Below, piece by piece: positions 25,101 through 40,100 of a stretch of 64,000 nt of DNA. Below the pieces are notes generated by a model. That model worked only from the letters and a program-made list of their open reading frames with translations, made no database searches and was not told the DNA's origin. Within the stretch, counting starts at the first letter, position 1. Each line of letters begins with the position of its first letter. The stretch is from Okamejei kenojei (lineage: Eukaryota): positions 4,712,001 to 4,776,000 of the forward strand of contig CM069160.1 in assembly GCA_035221665.1 (NCBI GenBank), read 5' to 3'. A program made the translations under genes and the position numbers.

Positions 25101-28100
25101 GTTTGCAGGTGTGCACAGCCTAAAATTCAAAAACAAAATGATGGAAAAGCAGAATAGGTAACAAAATTGGAATGAGAAACAAAATAAATACGATATATTT
25201 GCACGGGTTATTGATAGGGGACGATCAGCCATGATCACAATGAATGACGGTGCTGGCTCGAAGGGCAGAATGGCCTCCTCCTGCACCTATTTTCTATGTT
25301 TCTATGTTTCTAAAATGTAGAGGTCCAAGCGTCGTGAACAAATCAATGTTTTTTTAAGATAAACTGTTTCGGCACACTCGCGTTTAGTAAGGATTTGCGC
25401 AACGTTCCTGCCGTTGTAATCGGGCACACAAGAAGGGTCTCGACCCGAAACGTCGCCTATCTCCTTCGCTCCTTAGATGCTGCTGCACCCGCTGAGTTTC
25501 TCCAGCCTTTTGTGTACCCCCAGTTGACTGACGACTGACTCATCATCAACTCCTTCCAAAACCCTGTCACATGATAGTCCCAGGGTACACAAAAAGCTGG
25601 AGAAACTCAGCGGGTGCAGCAGCATCTAAGGAGCGAAGGAGATAGGCGACGTTTCGGGTCGAGACCCTTCTTCAGACTAATAATTAGCATGAATGGAAAA
25701 ACATGATAGTCCCAGCTCCCCTGACGAGGGTTCTAGCAATAAGTGGTCTGACCACCAGATGTCGCCAGAATATCTTGAGTTTCATAAGATATCTGATCAA
25801 GTGATGCAAAGGCACGTGGCTTATGACATTGGGGGTAATAATTAGCATGAATGGAAAAACAATTAAGAGCAAGCAGTGATTTGTCTTAAAGGAGTGTTCA
25901 GGTTGGGAAACGGCAACTGCAGGTTGGGAATCAATGCACGAAAGTGAACTACTTATCGTTGGCATTAAGAGCAGGTGAAGGGACTGATGGTGCTGTAGCC
26001 TAGATTGCTGATGATAGATAGATAGGTTGGAAATTAAGTTTCGGAGTATGTCAACAGTCTTCAGAGTGAAACATCAGATTCCTTAGTTGTGCATTGTTCG
26101 AGAGAATCTTCAAAAGTGAGCATTTGTGTAGGTTAGTGCAGCATACCTGGAATCAAATTGGTACGATCACTGTTTGTCAGGCAGTTATATTTTTCGTTGC
26201 AGAAGCTGTAACTTGCGTCACGGAACTTACTTCATTAGGTTTCGTTTTATTAATGTCAGATGTTTCAAGATACAGTGAAAAGGTTTTTTTTTTGCATGCT
26301 ATCCAAACAAATTAGATACTACACATAAATACAAATTCAAAAACAATAGATAGAGCAAAGAGGAGGATACAGAGTACAGAATATAGTTCTCAACATTGTA
26401 TCGCATCAGTTCCACAGACAATATTCAATGTGTTATGAGGTTGAGGTGAATCGGGCATTAAACATACATTCTGGAAGGACACTTCCGAAGCCTGATAACA
26501 GATGGAAAGGGGGTGTTCCTGAGTCAGGCAGTGCATATTTTTAACTTTCTGTACCTATTGCCTGATGGGAGCAGGAAGGAGGAATGACCGGGGTGGGATA
26601 AGGCTCGTTTTCCAAGGCAACCAGGTGTAGATTGAGTCAATAGTAGGAAGTCTGGCCTGTGTGATGATCTTTAACTCTGTGTATATTCTTGCAGTCTTGG
26701 GCAGTGCAGTTCCCAAATCAAGATGTGATGCAACTCACAACATGCTTTCTCAAGCGGCATCTGTAGATGTTTGCTGGAGTCACCAGAGACATGATGAATA
26801 TTCCCAGTCTCCTGAGGAAGTAGATGTGCCGGTGTGCCTCCTTGGCTATGTGGTCAGTCCATGACAGAATATTGGATGTATTCATGCCAAGGAACATGAA
26901 GCTCTCAATCATTTGCACTTCAGACCATTGATTCGGATTGGGGCATGTGCTCCCCCAGTGCCTTGCTGTTAATCACATCATGAGGAAAGATTATTTTTTT
27001 TATTTAAACGTACCTTTCATGGATTTCAGTTCCACCACTGAGAATCCCAAATACTCCTTCCTTGTATATCAGTTATTTATTTACTTTTGATAAATTTTCT
27101 GTTGACAAAGTCTTCTGCTCAAGTGGAGAGTGGGTGCTGATTATGTGATTGCTTAGAGCAACACCACTAAACAAATAAAGTTTAAGCATCTTGGAATATG
27201 GGATGTAGTCACAATGATTAAAATGGAAACAACAGAAGATAATGATTATCTACTAAATAATATTTAATGTTCTTACCCCAGATGATGGTCTTCCCACCGG
27301 GCAGGCTGCTGTGATCGACATGACAGGAATACTGTTTCCCATCATACGGATCATACTCAAGGACAGACGTTAGATGATATGTTCCATCGTTGTTGGGTAT
27401 GACCCCAGAAGATTTGGTCTCAGAGACATGTTGACCATTCTGCAACCAGCTGACATTGATAGCCGGTGGGTAAAATCCAAACACAGTGCAGTACAGGACT
27501 GAACGATCATCAGGGCGGGCAGTGAGAGTGACCTCAGGGGAAACTACAAGACAGTAAGTTGGTTATTTTCACCTTTAGTAAAACTTGCACAGTCACTCAC
27601 CACGAAATATTATTCAGTCTACTACAACCACCAAGTTACTGTCCACATCTGCCCCATTTTGCCTCTTTCATCACCATCAACCAACCACGTGGTTTAAAAG
27701 GGATCGCACGCTCCCTGTTAAGACAGTACACAAGAAAGTTTGAAAGCACGTACCATTAAATTCAGGAACACCTTCTTCCCCACTGTTATTGGACTACTGA
27801 ATGATTCTCATGTAAGATAAGGTGTTGCCCTGATCTTCCAACCAATCTCATTGTGATCCTTGCAACTCTTTTTGATCTGCACTTTCTCTGTAACTGTAAT
27901 GCTATGACATTGTAATTCTGCACTCTGAATATTGTTCTCTTTGCACTGTTCTACCTGTGGATGGCTTGATTGCACATGTGTAGTATGATATGATTGGATA
28001 ACACACAGACAAACTTTAGACTATATCTCAGTTCATGTGACAATAATAAACTAATTCCAACGGCAAATCTTTTCACTGCGGCACATTATTGATAATAATA

Positions 28101-31100
28101 AATAATTGACATGTTACAAAATGAGGGCCAATTGGGGAGGGGACAAGCTTAAAATTGGCAGTATTTTCACTCTTCTTCAATAAGAGATGAAAGGGACCAG
28201 TCATTGTTTACAAAATTCTGAAGAAGGGTCTCGACCCGAAACGTCGCCTATCTCCTTCACTCCTTAGATGCTGCTGCACCCGCTGAGTTTCTCCAGCCTT
28301 GTGTACCCCCCCATTGTTTATAAAATCTCTTTTTGCAGAGTTTGGTCATTCTCTGGCACTCTCAACCCCAGAGATTTGTGAAGACATAATCATTGGAAGT
28401 ATTTAATGTGGCGGGAGTTAAACTTTTGAAAGATTGGAGAATTGAGTGCAATGAGGAACTGGCACCGAACAGGAGTTGAGGCCCGAGGAACGTCAGCCAT
28501 GAACATATTGAATGGTGGGCAGGTTTCAGGATCAAATGGCTTACTCGGAAACTTGATAACCGAGGAGAAAATCAGGCTTCTGAATGATCGTTCCGTCAGC
28601 TAGGGTACTGTCCAATTGACCACTACTCCATTACAGACAGTGGACTTTGTTTATGGAACTATGTAGCAAGGAACTGTAGATGCTGGTTTAAACCGCAGAT
28701 ATACACAAAATGCTAGAGTAACTCAATGGGTCAGGCAGCATCTCTGGAGAGAAGGAATGTGTCACGTTTCGTGTTGAAACCCTTCTCTAATGGAACTGGT
28801 GTGCTACATTGCTGAGAACTATATGCTGCACTCTGTACCTTCCCCTTTACTCTACCTACAGTACCTGAGTTTGACTTGATCATATATATGTATGTTGTTG
28901 TCTCATCCAATTGGATAGCATGCAAAACAAAGCTTTACACTTTACCTCAGGACATGGGCAGCACAGTGGGGCAGCGGGAAAGTTGCTGCTTACAGTACCA
29001 CAGACCCAAGTTCAATCCTGACAATGGGTACTGTCTATATGGAGTTCATATATTCTCCCTGTAACCATGTGAGTAATCTCCGGGTGCTCCAGTTCAGTCA
29101 CATTCAAAGACGTGCAGGTTTGTAAGATTTTTGGCTTCTGTATATTGTCCCTAGTGTGTAGGATTGAACTAATGTTTGGGTGGTCGTTAGTCAGCACAGG
29201 TTCAGTGGGCCAAAAGGCCTATTTCCATGCTGTACCTCCAAACTAAACGTGACAATAATAAATCTAAACGTACCCCTGTGCCTATCTGTAGATTAGTGTC
29301 ACTCATACTGTGGCTCCGCCCACAGGCTTATCAGGGAGCTCTCTCTCTCTCTCTCGCTCTCTCTCTGGTAGACTCGCAGTAAGCATACTGAGAAGAAAGC
29401 ACCTTGTGTTTCCTCTGCAGAGTTACTAATAAAATAATATGGGTTCTAACCACTATGTGTGAATTTGATCATTCTTCCAACACTATCTCTTGTGTTGTTA
29501 TGTCTCTGGAACTAAGTGGCAGCTGCTCTTAACTGTTGTAGCATAACTGTTTATGTTGAACAATTCATGAAAAAAGTCTAAAAGGTTAAAAAAACAAATG
29601 ATTCCAGCATGTTGAAAGACAATTGAGACTGATACATAATGGGGTGGCACTGCGGTACAGTTCCAGTGACGAGGGTTCGATCACAATCTTGAAACAGAAA
29701 ATCTTAATCTGAGGCAGGCGCCTCTACTTCACCAATCCAGTGCTGTTATGACACTGCGCCTTAACATGAGAAAACGAGAAATTGGGTATTTCCTTGGGGT
29801 AAAAACAGACTTTTCAGAGACTTGGAAGCTGCAAGATAGTCCTGGAATGTGGTGGATCTCTGCGAGCTGTCCCAGAAGAGGACGTATTGTACTTATGTAC
29901 AGTATGACTTGACTGGAGAGAATGCAGAACAACCAGTTCACTATGGATAGACACAAAAAGCTGGAGTAACTCAGCATCTCTGGAGAGAAGGGATGGGGTG
30001 TCCAGCATCTGCTGTTCCATCCAAACCATTTCACTGCATCTCTGCATGCATGAAACTAAACAGAGTTATATAAAATGCAGCACATACTGCAATATTCATG
30101 TATGTCAGGCTGTTGTGATTTTGCAGGTGGATAACGTAACTAATTAAAAAAAAACACAAAAACGTGCAGGTGTAACTCAGTGGCTCAGGCAGCATCGGAA
30201 AGACATGGTTACGTAATGTTTCAGCTTTGGATCCTTCTTCATACTTCTTGCATCTGTTCTTTCTGACTTCAACTTAACTGTTGAAATGACCAGTTCCTTT
30301 ATCGACAGGGAATGCAACTCGTTGAATGTGGAATTGAGTTTGAAAGTTGCAACATGTCCAGGCAGAAGCTGAGTTGTTGGTCCTCAAGGTTACTTTCACC
30401 CTTGTTATCCTAGTGTAAGAGGTACAGATGGATGGATCATGGTTGGTGTTGAATGGAGAATTAAAGTGGCAGGAATCGTGAATCTTAGAAAGTCCCATGG
30501 ATTGAATGCGGGTTCTCCAGAAAGCAGCCATTCAATTTGTTTCATTGATGCAATGTGGAAGATTATGTCATAAAAACCAAATGCAGTAGATTTGACTGGA
30601 AGTGCAAGTGTTTCACATTGTTTCACATTGAAGAACTGCCTGGGTCTATGGACAGTGGAAGGGAAGAGGTAAATGGATAGATGTTGCATGCGCCAAGACA
30701 GGAAAGTAAAGGAAAGTTGTGGGGATAGTAGAGCAGACCAAGGAGCGAAACAAGGAATGACTATTTCAAAACATAGAATGGCGAGCAGAGCAGGAGGATG
30801 GGCGGAAGAAATGAATTGACTAATTGAATCAGATTTAAACTGGGAGGAAGTATTTACCATGGAAGTATTCTCCATGGAGGAGTGGAAAACGTATCCCTGC
30901 CCTGTCCAATGACCATAGAACAGTACAGCACCAGAACAGGATTTTCAGCCTGTAATGTCCATGTCGAACAGCAACACAGAAGCACAGTGAAAGAGTGGCT
31001 GTCTTACAGCATTAGAGACACGGGTTTGATCCTGACTAGAGTGCTGCCTGGACAGAGTGTGTACGTTCTCTCTGTCATCCTGTGGGTTTTCTCTGGGGGC

Positions 31101-34100
31101 TCCAGTTGCTTCCCAAATACAAAAGACATGCAGGTTAATTGGCTTTTGTAAATTGTCCCTAGCTTGTAGGACAGAAATAGTGAATGGGCAATTGCTGGTC
31201 AGTGCAGACTCAGTGGCCCACAGGTCCTGTTTCCATACTCTATCTCTAAACTAAATCAAAACTAATCTCCACTGCCTGCATGTGATCCATATCCGTGTAT
31301 TCGCTGCATATCCACGAGCCTGTCCAAAGCCTTCTTAAGCACCATTATCATGTCCTCCTCTACCACCACTCCTGGTAGCGCATTCTAGGTATCAAGCTCT
31401 CTCTGTGCAAAATAACACTTGACCTGCACATCTCGTGTAAATGTTGCCCTTTGAAGCTTAACGCTATGCTCTATAGAGATGTGTGATAGAGATGCAATCG
31501 TATTAGGGGCTGTCAAACGTGGTCAAGAAAATCCATGGTTAACTAATATGAAAGACATCAATTACACTTTCTCCCTGTCAAACAGGGATGTAATGCTGAG
31601 GTTCTATAAGGCACCGGTCAAGCCACATTTGGAGCATTGTGAGCAATTGTGGGCACCATATCTGAGGAAGGATGTGCTGGCTCTGGAGAGGGTCCAGAGG
31701 AGGTGTACAAGAATGATCCCAGGAATGAGTGGGTTAACATATGATGAGCATTTGATGGCAGTGGACCTGTACTCGCTGGATTTTAGAAGAATAAGGAGGG
31801 ACCTCATTGAACCATACCAAATAGTGAACGGCTTTGAGAGAGTGGATGTCTCCACTGGTGGGAGAGTCTACGACTGGAGGTAATTGTCTCAATATTAAAG
31901 GACATTCTTTTGGGAAAGAGATGAGGAGGAATATATTTTGTCAGAGGGTGGTGATCCTGTAGAATTATTTGCCACAGAAGGCTTTGGAATCCGTCAATGG
32001 ATATTTTTAAGGCATAGATGGATTCTTGATTAGTATGCAAGTCAGGGGTTATGGGGAGAAGGCAGGAGAATGGAGTTAGGAGGGAGAGATAGATCAGCCA
32101 TAATTGAATGGCGGAGTAGACTTGATGGGCCGAATGTTCTAATGCTGCACCCATCACTTATGACCTTATGACTCAGTTGGTTTCCTCCATGTGATCCAGT
32201 TTTGTTCCATATACCAAAAACGTGCCAGTGAGCTAGTCAGACATTGCAAATTATCCATAGTGGAACTGAGTGAACAGAGAATCCGAGGGAGCTGAGTGCA
32301 AGTTGTGAGAGAGAGTTGTGGAACAGTTCGTCGACATTGCATTGAAAACTAGCATAGACTCAATGGGCCGAATTACCTTTCCCTCTGTCATGATTGGGTC
32401 AGAGATAATATTACTCATTGCCTCAAAAACAGTGAAATATTACTAATTGCCTACCATCACAAAACAACATCCTTTGTTCTGAACTCACCTTCTCTGGTCA
32501 GGTATGTCTTTCCAATTGCGTAGTATGTATGCCATAGATCCACACAGTCATTTTCTAACAAGCTCTTGAAATAACGGTTCATTTTTTCATTCTTGTCCCA
32601 TTTCTCTTTGAAGGTCTCAGCTATTGGGTCATGCACCGTCCACTTTAGTTTGTCTTTATCAAAACTAAATGCATCTCTTCCATCAAAAGCCAACTTCAAT
32701 ATCCCTACATTGGGACTGTGATCGCTCACCTCACAACCAAACTGTCCTTGAACATAATGATAATCTGAAAGAAAAACAAAATCATTATTTGATTCATTGT
32801 TATGACTGGGGTCATTTCTGAACACCAGGGTCCAAGTCATTTATATATGTCGCAAGTAGCAAGGGTCACAGGACAGACCCCTGCAGAACTCTACTTGTCA
32901 CTGAACGACAGTCTGAATATTCGGCCTTCCATGCAACTGTAGAGACCATATTATTGTACGGGTGTGAGGCATGGACTCTCACTCCAGCACTGTCCAAGTC
33001 TCTCGATGGTACCTACATCCGAATGCTCAGAATAGTTCAAAATGTCAGTTGGAGGGACCACATCACCAACGCCCAGCTCTATGGGGAGACTCCACCTCTG
33101 ACCGAGAAGATCACGTTGAGCAGGATGAGGCTCGCAGGTCACTGGCTCCGCCACCAAGAAATGCCAGCAAACAAGGTTGTGCTGTGGGGACCCACCCATG
33201 GAAGACGAGACCTGGGTCGGCCAATCAAGATGATGCTGAAGATGTTTATGGAAGACCCACCTGTAGAGATAGAAGAGGAGCTTGCCAGCTGCATGGAAGA
33301 CAGAGATGTGTGTTGCTCCGTCATCGTGCCAGTCAAAAACCAGCATGGCACTAATGTTTTCGACGATTATTATTATTATTATCATCATCATCCACTACAC
33401 CCCTCTGTCCTGGGGATTTATCCACATTTCCCTTCAAGTGACCCAACATCTCCTTCTTGCTTAACTTCAAAGTGCCCCTGCATGTTAGCATTCTCCACAT
33501 TGATTCTCCATGTGTAAGAAAGAACTGCAGATGTTAAAATCGAAGGTAGACACTAAATGCTGGAGTAACTCAGCGGATCAGGCAGCTTCTCTCGATAGAA
33601 GGAATGGGCGTCGTTTTGGGTCGAGACCCTTCTTCAGACTGATGTCAGGGGAGGGACAAAGATAAGAGTGTAGGCGGAGACAGTAAGACTGGTGGGAGAA
33701 TTGGGAAGGGGGAGGGGACGGAGAGAGAAATCAAGGGCTATCGAAAGTTATAGAAGTCAATGTTCATACCGCTGGAGTGTAGACTGCCCAAGCGAAATAT
33801 GAGGTGCTGTTCCTCCAATTTGTGCTGGGCCTCACTCTGACAATGGAGGAGGCCCAGGACAGAAACATCAGATTGGAAATGGGAGGGGGAGTTGAAGTGC
33901 TGAGCCACTGGGAGATCAGGTAGGATAAGATGGACTGAGCGGAGGTGTTCAACAAAATGATCGCCGAGCCTGCGCTTGGTCTCGTCGATGTACAGAAGAT
34001 GACAACGGAAACAGCGGATACAGTAGATGAGGTTGGGGGAGGAGCAAGTGAACATCTGCCTCACCTGGAAAGGCTTTGGGTCCTTGGATGTAGTCGAGGG

Positions 34101-37100
34101 CGGACGTAAAGGAACGGTTGTTGCATCTCCTGCGGATGTAGGAGAAAGTGTCTGGGGAGGGGGTGGTTTGGGTGCGAAGGGACGAGTTGACCAGGGAGGT
34201 TCGGAGGGAACGATCTCTGCGGAAAGCAGAAAGTGGTGGAGATGGGAAGATGTGGCCAGTAGTCGGATCCTGTTGCAGGTGGCGAAAATGTTGGAGGATT
34301 ATATGCTGTACTTACTATTAAAAGTCCTTGCTTTTCTCCATGTCTTTCTTGGTGAAACCAAATGCAAAGTATGGGGGATGGAGGAAACTTTTTCTAATCT
34401 CTTACCTCGATGTAGATGACATTTTTTTTTCCGTATCTTATCTCCGTCCACACTGAAGCCTAACATCGAGGTGTTGGCGGCCTTTGCATTTTTTTAGTGT
34501 GACTGTATTGTAATCTGAATTTAATTGCACCTTAATTTGTACATGTGACAATAAGCTGACCTTGAGATATTGAAAAAGATGAGGGATTTTCTGTAATCTG
34601 ACTCGCCAAAGCCACTTTGTGGCCTCTTTTGGCCCCTTTAGTTTTAAGCTTTTGAGATACAGTGCAGAAACAGGCCCTTCAGCCCACACTAAGGACAATT
34701 TACATTTATTCTAAGCCGATTTACCTACATACCTGTACGTCTTTGGAGTGTGGGAGGAAACCGAAGATCTCGGAGAAAACCCACGTAGTCACGGGGAGAA
34801 CGTACAAACTCCTTACAGACAGCATCCGTAGTCAGGATGGACGGCGGGTCTCCAACGCTGCAGGTGCTGCAAGGCAGCAACTCTCTAGCTGTGCCACCCT
34901 CTAATCACACACTTGAGTTATTCCCTCCTTTCTTTACATTCCTCAAAGCTCCTGCCTGATTCCATCCTCCTGAACCTTACATGCACTTTCTTTTTTTTTC
35001 TTTCTAATTAAATTTAAAACCTTTTTGGTTATGCAAGCTTCCATTCCTTTGCCATTGCCATCCTTCCTCACACTGGAACTGGTGATTAAATAACTCATAC
35101 ATAAGTCATGGGAGTCACGGTAACAGGACATTGTAACAGGGCATCGTAACATATGCATGTCCATTCCACCTGTGCTTATAATGCAGAATACTTCCTACTT
35201 TCAATGGGATTTTCTGCCAATAATATAAACCACCTGATTGCCACATGCATGAAGTCAACACAATTTAAGAAAGACAAAAGAAAGACAAAAGAAAGACACC
35301 AGAAGCTGGAGTCACTCAGCATCTCAGGTGAAAAGGAATGTGACATTTTGGTGGCAGGTGTGATAGAGGTCGCAACCAGAAACATCACCTATTCCCTTTC
35401 TCCAGACTTGCTGCCTCACCCACTGACTCCAGCTTTTTGTGTTAATCTTCGGTTTCAATCAGCATCCGCAGTTCCTTCCTAAAATTAAGAAAGACACAAA
35501 ATGTTGGGGTAACTCAGCCGGTCAGGCAGCATCTCTGGATAGTGCACCGGCTACGATCTTTCGGTCCATCTGCTTGCCGTTTCCTAGGAAACTGTTCCTT
35601 ATTAACCTGTTCAGTGTCACCCCCGGGTATACTCAGGTCATGGCCAATTGTGAAATAAAAACGTGGCAGTCAACAGGTTAACAAGGTGTGGACAGAGTGT
35701 GGGGACTTCAGTGCAAGTCTTTGATCCAAGACCAGGTGAGAGGGAGGGGGGAGAGAGAGGTGGGAGAGAGAAGGGGGAGAGAGAGAAGAGGGGAGAGAGA
35801 AGGGGGAGATGGGAGTATGGGGTTCATTTTCCCCACACAAGCCATAGGGGACTGGGTAATCCGAACCCAAGCACCAAGTTGAAAGCGGCCGATGGTGCTC
35901 ATCCCTCGGTTCAGCCCCCACCCTCCGCATGCTGTGGAGCGGAGATGTGGGACAATGTTCATCCGTTCACAGTGATGTGATGGACTCCTCCTGGGTGGGC
36001 AACACCTGTATAGCAGGCTTTTTTGAGGGTTGTGCCCTCCCCCTGCACTGCTGCCTTTTTGGTGTCATCTCTAAAACACGTCTCCTCTGCAAAAAGCTCT
36101 CAGCTATGAATGAACATGCCTTGGTGTGAAAGAGGTGACATTCTGCTGTTTAAATTACCTTTTTTTCCACTGACCTTTCTTTCACCCCGGAGCACCCCGT
36201 AGTGGCGACTGCAGGGGGTTCGGGGCTCGGGGAGGCCCCGACCACGGGGGAACATTGTGGAACATCAGGGGAAGAGACTGACTTTGGTGCCTTCCCTCAC
36301 AGTGGGAAATTTTGATCCTGCTGTGGGGGATGTTTTATGTTGATTCCTATCTACTCCATGTTGTGTTCTTTATTTTAATGTATGGCTGTATGGTGATTTA
36401 ATTACGCTGTGCCAATTGGCACACGTGACAAATAAATGCATCTTATCTTATCTTATCACAAAATTCTAAAAGGACTGGACATGCTAGATGCAGGAAAAAT
36501 GTTCCCAATGTTGGGCGAGTCCAGAAGCAGGGGCCACACTCTTAGAATGCAGGGGAGGTCATTTAAGACCGAGGTGAGAAAAAAACCTTTTCATCTAGTG
36601 TTGTGAATTTATGGAATTCCCTGCCACAGAGGGCAGTGGAGGCCAATTCACTAGATGGATTTAAGAGAGAGTTAGATAGAGCTCTAGGGGCAAGTGGAGT
36701 CAAGGGATATGGGGAGAAGGCAGGCACGGGTTATTGATCAGCCATGATCACAATGAATGGCGGTGCTGGCTCGAAGGGCCGAATGGCCACCTCCTGCTCC
36801 TATTTTCTATGTTTCTTTGTTTATATTACTTCGACTACCTACGACTAGCATCACGACCGACTACAACCGGCTTCGACTAAACCTACGACTAAAAAAATAT
36901 TAGATTTTTCCCACGGCGACCTATTTTTAGTCGCGGTCAACTTTTAACATTTTGAAAAATACGCCACGACCTAGCTGAACCCTCGACTACGCGGAGACCA
37001 CTCTCGACCATGAAGGAGAGTGACAAAGACCTCCTACGACCTCGTGGCGACCTTGCCGGGACTATGGGCCGCGGGCAAACTTGCCAGAGGTCGCGGTGGA

Positions 37101-40100
37101 GGTCGCCTAAGTGGGGCAGGGGCTTTAGGTGAATCATTCCCTCTGGCATTGATAGGTGAATCAAAGGAGGGGGGGAGGAGGGGGTGTAGAAATTTGTAAG
37201 GATTTGCTGGTGAGTTTGCTTAAAAACTGCTCACTCCTTGAAATTAAGAGTCTGGGAACGTTAGCCCAGAGATAAAGAACAGCTTGTGAACTCAAGGTTA
37301 TAATTGATAAAAGCCTTGGCACAACTGTGAACAACAACCCTTTATTAGGACGAAGGTAATGAGCTAATGCCAACCAGCCCCCAGGAGCAATAAGGAAGGG
37401 ACAACACTTGGACGATGGTTTCATTCCAATAAGAAACACCATAAACATTGACAGCCAAATAAAAAGTAATGATGTTGTATAGATCAAGAGCCTTCTTTTC
37501 AAGCTGCTTTCTGCATTCTTTTAGTTGTTCTGCAGGTCTTTTAGTTTCTCTCGTTTTCGTGTTTTCAAGAAATACCACGAATAGCTGACTCTATACTAAT
37601 TATTGAAACTTTGAAAAATATGTGCAGGAGTAGGCCATTCGGCCCTTCACGCCAGCACCACCATTCAATATGATCATGGCTGATCATCTAAAATCAGGAC
37701 CCCGTTCCTGCTTTTTCCCCATATCCCTTGATTTCTTTAGCCTTAAGAGCTAAATCTAACTCCCTCTTGAAAGTACGTTGTTTAGATATGAGCCTTCTTT
37801 TCAAGCTTCTTTCTGAAGTCTTTTAGTTGTGTTTTACAGGTGCTTTAGTTTGTCTCGTCTTCTCTCTGCTGAATATGTAACATCTACAAGCTGTGAACAA
37901 CAAACATCCTTGAAAACCAACATGGGAGTGTGAGTACAAAGCACATTCTAACGTGACCCGACTTCAGTCTGAAGTAGGATCCTCACCCGAAATGTCACCT
38001 ATCCATGTTCTCCAGAGATGCTGCTTCACCTGCTGATTTCCTCCAGCACTTTGTGTTTTTTTGTATAAGCCAGCATCTGCACTTCCTTTTATCTACATTT
38101 TTTAAATAGTTCAATCCAGACAATTCGTTCAATTTTACACTTGTGACTAAAATGAGAAGGCAATTCAAGGGTAAATAACTGTCCATAATTCCAAGTGTCA
38201 TGAGAAAGAGGCCTTTCAGCCTCCTGAGCCCACTTTAGCCCAGAGAACAACACTAATTTTGCCCAAAACGGATCTTCCTCATTTCTATCAATGCCACAAA
38301 TGCACCTTTACGAAGAGAAATTTGCAGCGGTGGATTAATCTACTAAATCAGCACATTTTTGGTATGTGGGAGGAAACTGGAGAACAAACATTGTCACAGG
38401 GAGAATGCTTAAACCCCTGTCCCACTTACCTGTCCTTGACACGCTAATTACGCCACCTCCTGGTCACGTTGAGGCGCGACGGTCCCGCGAAGGTCGCCTG
38501 CGACTTCATGCGCCTGCACAGCCGTCTGGAGCACGTGACGTCATTTGAAGATGGACACAAAATGCTGGAGTAACTCAGCGAGACCGGCAGCATCTCTGGG
38601 GAGAAGCAATGGGTGATGTTTCGGGTCGAGACCCTTCTTCAGTCTGAAAGAAGGGTCTTGACCCAAAACGTCATCCATTCCTTCTATCCAGAGATGCTGC
38701 CGGTCCTGCCGAGTTACTCCAGCATTTTGTGTCTATCTTCAATTTTCTTGGCCCCGCTCTGGGAGTAGAAGTGGGAGCGGATCCGGACCGTAACGGCCGG
38801 TGAACCCCAGGCCGAGCTCGGCGATCGTTTGCCTCCTTCTGCTGCTGCTGGAGGTGAGACGTTGCGTCGCGCCAGGGTCTTGGGCCTGTCCCACTTTGGC
38901 CGTCAGTTACGCGACAGGCCGGTGGCGCGCGAAGATTTCGTTCGCTACAAACTTTTGGAGCGCTGCACGATACCGCGCACAACGACATACCCCTCCGCGC
39001 CTCTCAATGGGACCGGCCCCGCGCGGCCACTGGATGCCCGTGTGCCTCAACGCGACGACGAGGTCGCGTAATCTGCATGCCAAGGACACGTAAGTGGGAC
39101 AGGCCCTTTATACTCCCCACAGACTGCACTGGAGATGATTGAACCCGGATCACTGGAGCTGTGAGGCAGCAAGGCTCTTTGCTATAAAGCAGTCATAGAG
39201 AGAGTCACGCAGCATGGAAACAAGCCCTTTGGCTCAACATGTTCATGCTAATCTAGATACCCCATCTAAGCTAGTCCCATTTACCCTGCAATGGGTATAT
39301 ACTGTATCACTCAAAACCTTTCCCATGCATGTCCCTGTCCAAGTGTCTTTTAAATATTGTTATTGTACCTGCCTCAGCTCCATTCTCTGGCAGCTCATTC
39401 CATATACTTAACACTCTCTGAGCACAAAGATTGCGTCCCAGGTTCCAATCAAATCTTCCCTCTCTCACACTAAACCCATGTCCTCTGGCATTTTATTCCC
39501 CTTCTCTGGGTAAAAGGCTCCGCGCATACACTCTATCAATTCCCCTCATGATTTTAAGCACCCCTATAAGATCACCCCTTAGCCTACTGTGCTCCATGGA
39601 ATAAAGCCCTAGCTTGCCCAAACTCTCTCTCTTGTTCACAATCTTGAGGCCCAGCAATTTGCTCATAAATCTCAGAAACATAACAATGTTGCAGATAATA
39701 TGCGCACCATGATTAATGCAAATAAAACATCTTATTTTTGAAGGCAATATGATTCAATAAACATGGTTCAATGAATCTGACGATAATCCAATAAATGTCT
39801 TATTCACATTAATTCACATGTAATTTGAAAATAATAATAAATATTGCAAGGTATGGAAAATTGATAGAAATTATGCCCAGTGCATATTTTGATGTATCGT
39901 ACACACCTTACCCTGTCCAGAGTCAAACATTAAATATAATTTGTTTAATGTGTAACCAAAGAGGTAACAAAAAGCAATGTCTTAAAAAGTAATTAATCAT
40001 GAAACATGAATAGATGAATATGTGTTCATAATGAATACCCAAGGTATGCAAAGAGTCTTCTATCCAGAGATGCTGCCTGTCCCGCTGAGTTACTCCAGCA

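Noticed and set aside
28955-29030. tRNA-like A/B boxes
   Set aside because: These are heads of SINE copies, not tRNA genes; no complete cloverleaf.
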